Source: Catajapyx aquilonaris (Eukaryota). Taken from it: a stretch of DNA of 64,000 nt. The notes under the pieces are model-generated. The model did no database searches. It had not been told where the DNA came from and was given only the letters and a program-made list of their open reading frames with translations. The position numbers and the translations under genes were made by a program. Each line of letters starts with the position of its first letter. Position 1 is the first letter of the stretch. The stretch is from contig KZ537976.1 of NCBI GenBank assembly GCA_000934665.2, forward strand, positions 62,001 through 126,000, read 5' to 3'. Below, one piece after another: positions 51,864 through 60,425 of this stretch.

Positions 51864-54800
51864 ATACGTTTTTTTGGTTTTTTGACCCTGGCAACCCAAA
51901 CCGTGGGGCATATTCCAACACGTGTGATTGAGTTTTCCATCCCAACCAGTTCCCTCGCTCGCCTAATTATACTTCTTGCCCGACGGCCCAGATTTAATTA
52001 ACAATGATTAATTGGAACTATCTGACCCCCCCTGCCCTGGTGCAAATGGCCGTTTGATCTCATATATCCGGGTGATTGTTCGGCTCAAGATGCACATCCA
52101 TGTTAGAATTTAAATATTATTTTTCTTCTAAGACTACTTGTGCCAATAAAGCAACAGTGAATTTGGGCGCACAATTCCTCCACTCATGGCTATATACCTC
52201 TCGAAAGAGATTCTCACTGCTTATCTGGAGTTGGGCGTTATCCTCAAGACCACTCCCCGGTAAGCCTTTCCCCGGAAGCTTGACAAATCCGGACTCGTTT
52301 TCTCCAGTTCATATATCCCTCGGAAAAGGGGCCTCCGCTGGGTTGTTTCCCTCTCACGGGCAATCAGGAGGAACGAAGAAGGAGACCATCTATTGTCGCC
52401 TGGCTGGAAGAGGAGGATCTTATACAGCAGCGGACCGCCCTGTAAAATATAATAAAACCAGAGACTCCGTCACCTGGGTTATCATGCACGGCCCGGGATG
52501 TTATTTTTTAATACGTCCTCCGGGAATTTCCGGGGATCCACTCCCCCGGAACCAAGTTTTAAGCACTGGGAGGTGATGGAATAAATTTACCCCGGAGCGA
52601 TTTTTTTTTTATCCGGGTTTCCAACAGCTAGGATCCAGCAAAAGATTCAGCTGGAACTTCGCCACCTGTCGGAGTCATTTGTTCACACTCTTATGACTAG
52701 AGAGAGAGCGACGACGACCAGTTTTCATACATGCCGATAGATCATATTCAGGATATGGTAATGATGCACTCACTGGATTGCATTGGACTTTTTCCAGCAG
52801 TAAATGTATTCATCACTATAGTTTTCCTAGAGTTTCCTATCCTTCTGCTGTATACAATTTGTAAGCCACTTGGCTCCTTACAGTACATGCTGTACGTCCC
52901 AGGTAAAGTTGGCAATTACTCTTGGATTACCAGCACGTGTCGCTGTGGCAATCCCAACGCTGGCAACAATTCCCGAAAACAAAATTAGCAAGACAGAGCA
53001 GGAAAGTTGTAATCGCGCCCCAGCAACTTCATTAGCATCTTGTAGGCCCCGGAGTCAGGTGTGGTTGTCAAATTGTCATAGCCAGGCTCTCTGATACTAG
53101 GGACATCCTTTCCATTATAGATTCAAAGTGGAAGCCAGCATAGTTGGGAGGAGGACAACAAGAGGAAACGGGCGATACTGCGAAACGTGTCTCGCATCGA
53201 TTGGCTCAGGCCCTTCCCTTTTCCTCTCAAACGAGATTTATATGTTCGTTCCAAATTCCTCCCAGGCTGTGCTGTTAAGGGATGTTGCTGAATCCTAGAG
53301 CAGCTGCCGGACCTTTAAAAAATTGGGGGGTGGGCGGGTAGGGTTGACGTCTTTTTAGAAGGGGAGGAGGAGGGTTTCTGGAGACACTTTTCGTTCCGTC
53401 TGGAGTCCCTTGGGAGCTGAGGCGACATTCCTTGGAGGAGGACTTGCTTCTTTCAGCAGTTTTACGCCTAACACCACCTCGCGACGGGGTAGTTATCACG
53501 AGTCGAAGAGTGAATCTTTTTATGGGACGAGGGACCACCCCCCCTTTTTTTTTGCTCCTTCCTACAGCTCTAAGAGATTCATTTATTGTCTCACTGCGGG
53601 GACTGCTGCTGCTTCTCGAGAGAGTAAAAAAAGGAGAGGAAGAGGAAGTGCACAATAAAAGTTTCTGGAGGGACACTTGAAGATGGGGTGAAGAGGTTTT
53701 GGGTGGGATCGAACCTGTGGGCGTTGGAATCAAATTGATTTATATAGGGTTTTGTACGAGCAAGAGGGCGCCTGCTGGGAAAGGGGTCATTGGCATTTCC
53801 TGCACTTGCTGAGAAGACACTGCCTGACATTGTGACTCTGGGCTAATTAATATCAACTGTGGCCTATATTTACAAGTGCAAAACCGTCGAGGGAGAGCGA
53901 GAGGGGGGAAAAATCCGATGATTTAGTAATTGGGAGAGATGCGGTTTGAAATCGGCCAGAATGAGATGCTCTGCTCCACTAATTGGCGCGCTGTATTTGG
54001 GAATTGGCAATTAGGAAGCCCCCCCGGAACCTTCCCCATTCTTCTCCTGCCCGCAAAATGGAGCAGGCCCGATTGGCGTGTTCCGGGGGCACCGGAAGAG
54101 ACTGCGGCTCTTTTGGTGCGGAAAAAGCGCTTAATCGGGGAACAAAATTATTTTTGTAGACCGGAATGACACGTTTCCGGGACTAAAGACTCGTTAGTGT
54201 GGTCCTTAGTCCTTGCATGTTGGTCACATCGTCTGAACCAGATGGCTCACCCTGTATTCCTTGCAGGAGGCCCATACCCCCAAAACAATTTTGGGTAGTT
54301 CCTTCTGCCCCAGGGCCAAGCCCGAATTAATGGGACGGGCACTCCTTTAATTAAGGTAATTCAATTACAAACGGCACGCTGAATGGACCGCCGCGCTCAG
54401 GTAATGGATAGCAAGAGGGAAGGGGTGGGTGGGTACTTCAAACCCTGGCCCTGTTGTTTTCTCTGGGTGTCTGAAAATGCGGTGCCCCCCCTTCATCCAG
54501 CAGCACCGGTGATTTATAATCCGTTCCTGTAAGCTCGTCTCCAAGATAATCGGGCTGGACAGCTAATGTGATGAATGCTTAGCCACCTGGCTCGTTCAGG
54601 GGAATTTTACCCACATTGCAGGCACGCCATAGTGTTTTTAGCCGGTGGTGGTGGTGTTGCGGGGAGGGATGGGGGTGATATGAGCTGGGGAGGATGGTCG
54701 ATGATTATACCACATGCAAGTAGCAAAGTGCGCTCACCGCTGGTTCAATACTTCGTGGTTTTTATGGCGCAGAAAGATGCAGTGAATTGTCTGATAAAAA

Positions 54801-55004
54801 AATGGTAAAGTCACTCACCTGAAAGCAAATTTGAATATGCACGTTGCCTAGTGGGCAGTGCGTAATATAACAAGTCCCATAAATAAACCATAGCAGCTGA
54901 ATTTGCGCTTGTCATTACAAGGAAAGTTACAAGGTAAACAAGAGCCGACCGCCACTCACGACATATGCCGCGGTCGGAAACATTAACGTTTTCCTTTGAA
55001 CCTA

Positions 55005-55146
55005 AAAATGAGGCATGACAACTTTTATTTAGCACTGAATGGGTTTTGCGCGTATTTTTAGTACATCATATTGTGAATTTGTGATCAGCCGGCGTCTTCT
55101 TCAAAGCTGACTACCACTCTTCGTATGTAATGGATGCGTCAATCAA
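55005..55146 (-). other. Gene A terminal non-coding exon with poly(A) signal
   Basis: Acceptor cctatttttgcag; AATAAA on the - strand at 55029-55024; 3' end approximate. Same arrangement in the paralogue. Confidence 0.7.
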
Positions 55147-55404
55147 CTGCAAAAATAGGAACAGTTACATAAAATAAAACCCTTCAAATTCTGCGACAAA
55201 GATGGAGGAAATCAATTCGTTTCACTGAATTACTGAGAATGTTACGATGCAACATAATTATGACAATTAAAAGCAAGGAAATAAAATGTATCTTACCGAA
55301 TGACCATCTCCTGATCCTACTCGGCGAATTGAGAAATTAAGATGGTTTTTAGATTGTGAAATATTTTTGGGATATTCTCTTCATTACCTTGTTTAGACAC
55401 TGCC

Positions 55405-55430
55405 TTACTTGGCAGGTGGATTGTTGGCAA
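55405..55430 (-). CDS. Gene A exon 4 coding part (VANNPPAK-stop); exon runs on as 3' UTR to 55297
   Basis: Acceptor ctttttgcag, TAA at 55407-55405, donor CG|GTAAGA at 55296. Both splice sites are conserved in the paralogous copy. Confidence 0.78.
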
Positions 55431-55669
55431 CTGCAAAAAGTACAAGCTAAAATTAGGCACTGGACTTCAGTATATAGGTAAGGGAAGTGTCACTTATGAT
55501 GCCTTATGAGACCATGTCCTTATTGCTTCAACAAGTTGCGACTTGCAACAACCCATAACAACTGGCATGGATGTACTGTATAGTGAAAGCTAATCCTAAC
55601 AATTATTATTGGCAAGTTTGGGACAAGGAGCCAATGGCGAATACCGTTGAGGGTGAAAGTCTCAGTTAC

Positions 55670-55696
55670 CGTGCTTAGCAATGGCTTCCGAAAGAC
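55670..55696 (-). CDS. Gene A exon 3, 27-nt micro-exon (GLSEAIAKH)
   Basis: Acceptor cttatttcttttttgcag, donor ACG|GTAACT, symmetric phase 1-1, open frame. Confidence 0.8.
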
Positions 55697-55823
55697 CTGC
55701 AAAAAAGAAATAAGACAATTTAGTTTTTCCCTATTTACAGTGAATTTTCTCGGTATTACTCGAATCACTTAGAAAGAAGTGTATGTTATGAATTAGATGG
55801 TTTAAAGGCAAGTCTCAATTTAC

Positions 55824-55856
55824 CTGCTATTATTTGACTGATGTCTGGATCGTCAG
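55824..55856 (-). CDS. Gene A exon 2, 33-nt micro-exon (ADDPDISQIIA)
   Basis: Acceptor atttctggtttcag, donor CAG|GTAAAT, symmetric phase 1-1, open frame. Confidence 0.8.
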
Positions 55857-56007
55857 CTGAAACCAGAAATAATTCAATTTATTAATTTTCTCGGTAATGG
55901 TCAACTTCAGTCGTCCACAGATGTTAGTTCCATGGATAGGTTTGATATGAAATATAATTATTATAAACTGAATGTCGCATATGCCATAAGATTGAGAGGT
56001 GTATTAC

Positions 56008-56077
56008 CTGGAACGGGAGATGTGCGGACACTGATGGCCACGAGGAGAATCAAAAAGCAGAACAGGAGGAGCTTCAT
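56008..56077 (-). CDS. Nested secreted-peptide gene A, coding exon 1 (signal peptide MKLLLFCFLILLVAISVRTSPVP)
   Basis: Start context CAAAATG, basic residue followed by a hydrophobic core, donor CAG|GTAATA, phase 1. Confidence 0.85.
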
Positions 56078-56127
56078 TTTGGACCTTGTGTCTTTGCCGG
56101 TTGCTATTCGAATTGTAGTGTCCTGAC

Positions 56128-56417
56128 AACAGGACTGTTGACTATTTCCAGGTTAACTGCAACAATATATTGATGTTATGTCGATATCCTGTGTTGTTGA
56201 GTGAGTTCTCTGAATTATTGTTCGTGCTCCTAGACGGACTCCTTGTAGCGTTATCCTTAATATATAATTATAGTTCCTGAATGAACTATATATACGCTAC
56301 AAGGAGTAGTCCGTCTAGGAGCACGAACAATTCAGAGAACTCACTCAACAACACAGAATATCGACATAACATAAATATATTGTTGCAGTTAAGCTGTAAA
56401 TAGTCAACAGTCCTGTT
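56128..56417. mobile_element. 290-bp hairpin (foldback / MITE-like) element
   Basis: Arms 56128-56251 and 56294-56417 are inverted copies with 4 substitutions and two 3-nt indels, 42-nt loop; flanked by direct GAC (56125-56127, 56418-56420) as a possible target-site duplication. Confidence 0.8.
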
Positions 56418-56674
56418 GACTGTGATTGTTACACTAGACTCTCTTGTGTTATATCGCTATTCTCTGTGGTGATCACGCGGGAGAGACGTGGGCCTCTTCA
56501 GTTGCAAATTGTATAGTTTCTATCATTCCATTGGTAACAATCAAAAATTATAAATAAACTGCGAAGTCAAATGGAAGCACAAAGCTCCGATTGTAGCTAC
56601 TACCAAAGCACATTGGCTCACTATCATCCCACCGTTCTACATCTTTTTTGTAATTATTACGCACTGATTGTTTC

Positions 56675-57344
56675 TATTAATCATTACAAAATTTATTACA
56701 CTAATTTTCAAGCTAATTTTAGTACATGATTGGGATCAGCTAGTGTCTTCTTCAAAGCTGACTACGTCCTGTGGTATGTAATGGAAGAATAATCAGAGTC
56801 TACAAAAATAGGAGCATTAATTTGCATATAAATAAAATGTGAAAAATTTGCATCAGGGTTTCAAAAAATCACTTGCACATGCTTTCTGGCATGGTAGGGT
56901 TCCCGGTAACCATTTCATGTACAGAGGTGCCATTTGGTCTTCGCAGTCTCATGACCGAAATAATTAGAATTAAATAAGGAGTGATTATGTCATATTTTAT
57001 GTTGCGGATTCAGCCGAATAGGATCGCATATTTAAATCAAAATTATCTACGCAAAATAGAGATTTGTAGTCAACTTAAGAATTGACCACAAGAAAGCCAC
57101 CTTTGAGATCCAGAAAAACCTATGCCTTCAATAAGTTTCATTGCATCACTGAAAATGTTAGCATGCAACGTATGACGATTATAATAGCAATAAAATAAAT
57201 GTAACTTACCGAATGCAACACCCACGGGTCCTGCGAGGCGAATTGAGAAAGGAAGATAGTTATTAGATAGTAAACCATTTCTGGGATATTGTTCTTATTA
57301 CCTTGTGTAGACGATGCCTTACGAGGCAGGTTACTAGGCACCAC
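56675..57344 (-). other. Paralogous gene B: last two exons (57344-57210 and 56799 to about 56675)
   Basis: Diverged direct repeat of 55083-55436 (57136-57350 matches 55220-55436; 56734-56837 matches 55083-55180). TTGCAG acceptor, CG|GTAAGT donor, cctatttttgtag acceptor and AATAAA (56697-56692) are all retained. Confidence 0.75.
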
Positions 57345-57521
57345 CTGCAAGGAGTATAATGAGTTATAAAATTCCGAAAATAGTTATTGTGCCGGAAGTA
57401 ACTCTGATATTGAAATCGACGAATTTTTTCCAACGCAAAGAGACAAGATAACATACTACAAAAAAGGCGATTTACACTCGAGCCAAAAAAAATGTAATTG
57501 CCAGCATTAATCCGGTCTTAC

Positions 57522-57794
57522 AACAGAGTGTAATGTTCTGCTCCGATGTAAAGCCCTTTTCGCGGGACTTGGATACAAATGGCGAAATTCTCAGGCAGCT
57601 TTGCCGCCAATCCTCGGACGTCGCCTTTTCCTTCCCTGGGTACTCTCGGACCCAGGGTTTTAATTCCGGCGCTAACTTGAAGGCGAAGACAAACTGCGCC
57701 ATTTTCTCCGGCCAAAGACCTCCTAGCCTCATCCGGTCCCTTGAACCTCTCTCCTCCATCCGATTCTTCTCTCGAGGACATCGTGATACGGAAA
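57522..57794 (-). CDS. Candidate internal coding exon of gene B (unknown protein)
   Basis: GC-richer than its flanks; acceptor tactatgcag, donor T|GTAAGA; 273 nt, phase 1-1, open; would splice to 57344 to end ...EQNITLCCGA-stop. No recognisable homology. Confidence 0.35.
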
Positions 57795-58086
57795 CTGCAT
57801 AGTAATCGGGACCACCGGATGACATAGATTAGAGGCCCAGGATTTTGAGGCGCATCACAACGCCCGGGATGGATATTGCGGCCATCTTGCACGATGGAGG
57901 TGCATTGCGCCATTTTTATGCCTCTAAAGAGAGGTTGGGGGGTTGAAATGGTTTAATGTAACATACTTTTCATATACCAAAAGATGTTAATAACGGTTAT
58001 TTACAATGAATATTTTATTCCCAGTAGTAGTGGAAAAAATGTCAGTGTTACTTACAAGCGTGTCCTTTTTCCCTTCTTTTTGGCAG

Positions 58087-58303
58087 GTACAAGTTCGACA
58101 AGAACGCTCTGGTGGTGACGGTGATGAAGTGCACTGACTTACCGGCCAAGGATGCGACTCTTGGCAGCAGCGACCCTTACGTCAAGCTGCAGCTGCTTCC
58201 GGACAAGCAGCACCGGGTCAAGACCCGGGTGCTGAGGAAGACGCTGAACCCTATTTACGACGAGGACTTCACTTTTTACGGCATCAATTACAACCAAATC
58301 CAG
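58087..58303 (+). CDS. Syt4: Synaptotagmin-4 exon: C2A N-terminal part
   Basis: Acceptor cttctttttggcag, donor CAG|GTGAGT. Encodes [72 protein letters not shown], a typical synaptotagmin C2A; frame continuous with the previous exon (AG+G=Arg). Confidence 0.97.
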
Positions 58304-60269
58304 GTGAGTCAGGCTTTACTGGAGGGAACCATAAAAAGGTCCTGTTCCGAAGGGTAATTTATATCAGACTCTATTGACTTTAAGGGGCCTTAGCAGACAT
58401 GTTGCATGTGGCGCCGCAGTATTGTGCAAATTGCGAAAAACTACACAAGTAGGCCTATATGATTTTGAGATATAAAACACTCCTTATGTGATCATCTGCG
58501 ATCGTACTTTCAAAGCGTTACATTTTCGACCAAAGATGATCGCTCTGCATTTCGGGTCTTAATGCGGGATTGATGCAATTATGTAAAGTGAGTCTGGAAT
58601 GAAGAAAAAATACCCCCCCTCTCTCTTGAAAATTTTCCTCCGGAGTCGTTCCGGACTATCAGGGTCTGGTAACGGCCCCCTTTTCCTTTCAGAGCCGAAT
58701 TTGCAGCCTGACGAGAATACCCAATTAAGACGCAGTTTTCACCCAAGCCCCAAATTTTAGTAATGGAGGCTCCTGCGCCATCTTCCCCTGCCAAGGAAAT
58801 GACTCCTCCCCATTTCCAAAGGCACTTGATGGCGCTTGCAATACACTTATAATATCTTCCCCTTTTATATACCCAGAGGCAGAAGGGAAGTGGAAGGAGG
58901 AGTTGAAATAGGAGACGCCTCTCATCGAGAAACCTAGAACAAAAGGCAGAGAAATGGGGGAAACTCATTGTTCCCTGCAGATGCTATTGGCGCCAATTTG
59001 CATTGGAGGAGCTAATTCCTCTGAACAGGGGTGGGTGGTAATTGGGGGGTCGGAGGTGGGTGGGTGGGAGGAAGCCTCAATAAACGTCTCGACTCGGTTT
59101 GGGCGGAGGACTAGACATGCAAATTTTCTAGGTGAGAGGCGTCATTTGCGGGGGAGGATGGGACTGCCAAATGGCGAGAGGAGAGATGCTGTGGGGAGGG
59201 ATCGATCATGATCGATCAGCGGTTTTTGTGTGGGGGTTTGCTTTTGAGGGCCGCTAGGGCAGGTGATTGCGACCGATTTGCATAGTACACAACATTGTAG
59301 ATCGTCACTTTTTGAAGGAGCTCAGCCAAGTAGCGGCGACTGCTGGGGGGGAAATAAAAGTAGCAGTCGCCAGTTCGATCGAAAGTGTCAGACCGGCTTG
59401 GAATACTTCTGATCTCTGGAGCCCATGTAATTCAGTGTGAGTGCCGGTAATGGCGTCCAGGTCGTAGGTCGCATGATGGATTCCACTTCCTTCGTGGGGG
59501 GGGCTATACCCTGTATAGAAAAAGCAAGCCGTGGGAATGGTGCAAGACGTGGTCGATTTCCTTCGCATCGACCATTTGTCTTGGAGAGGCGGGGGCGAAG
59601 GTACGAAATGGGTATACACATCTTGTCAGCGTCGAAATAAATCGCCGGTCGAAGGGTGACGTAGGACAAAGTGGCTTCCGGCGATGCTTCCAGGTCACGG
59701 GTCAGGGTTTGCTTACCCACAGCCGATGCCACGTTCACTTTGTCATGGATCCAGCTATACGACAGTCCTGGGAATACGTAATACATTTTCTGATCCGGAC
59801 GGGAACTGTATTGCTACAGTATAAACATGTATTAAAGCATGACGGGCGAGTGGATCGTGAGGGGTTTTGTCGAAGCGAAAAAAATGATATCAAATATATA
59901 CCGAGACGAAGCAGGAAATTAAGGAGCCAAAGTTCTGAAATGTCACAGGTCACAGCCACGACCTTTTGAAGAAGCTTTAATAACGACATACTTTATATTG
60001 CCTCAAGGGATTCAATTTATGTGAGGAAAAGTGACAGTAATAACTATGTACCTCCCGTAATTTTATTATTCAAATGTGACCCGGTGTACGGGGACGTTAT
60101 GAGAATAATTAGTGATTAATTTTGTTTCATGAGCAAATTAAATTATCTGGTTAACAGGATATTCGTAGGCTATAACTCTTTGCTCTAAAACACTGCCTTT
60201 TTGCTACAATTACGTCAGGTTTTAACTACTTTTTGTTGCTGACACGCATCTTTTTCCTGATTATTACAG

Positions 60270-60425
60270 AGTATCATGCTACATTTCGTGGTGCTGAGCT
60301 TCGACCGTTACTCCAGGGACGATATCATAGGAGAAGTGTTCTGCTCCTTGGCCACAGTTGACCTTTCGCAGGCTGACAATCAGGAGGTTGCCCTCTACCG
60401 AGAGATTCTACCACGCAGTCTGAAG
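60270..60425 (+). CDS. Syt4: Synaptotagmin-4 exon: C2A C-terminal part; gene continues beyond the window
   Basis: Acceptor ttattacag, donor AAG|GTAAGA, 156 nt, phase 0-0. Encodes [61 protein letters not shown] carries the Asp-to-Ser change diagnostic of Syt4/Syt11. Confidence 0.97.

Noticed and set aside
52930..53035. Minus-strand hydrophobic stretch LSCSVLLILFSGIVASVGIATATRA ending at G|GTAATC, near an ATGAAGTTG start
   Set aside because: The ATG is in another frame that stops early, and no convincing acceptor was found.
55349..55429. Alternative frame of gene A/B exon 4 ending ISQKYFTI* / ISQKWFTI* in both copies
   Set aside because: Needs a phase-2 upstream intron, whereas gene A's upstream exons end in phase 1; explained by nucleotide similarity of duplicated UTR.
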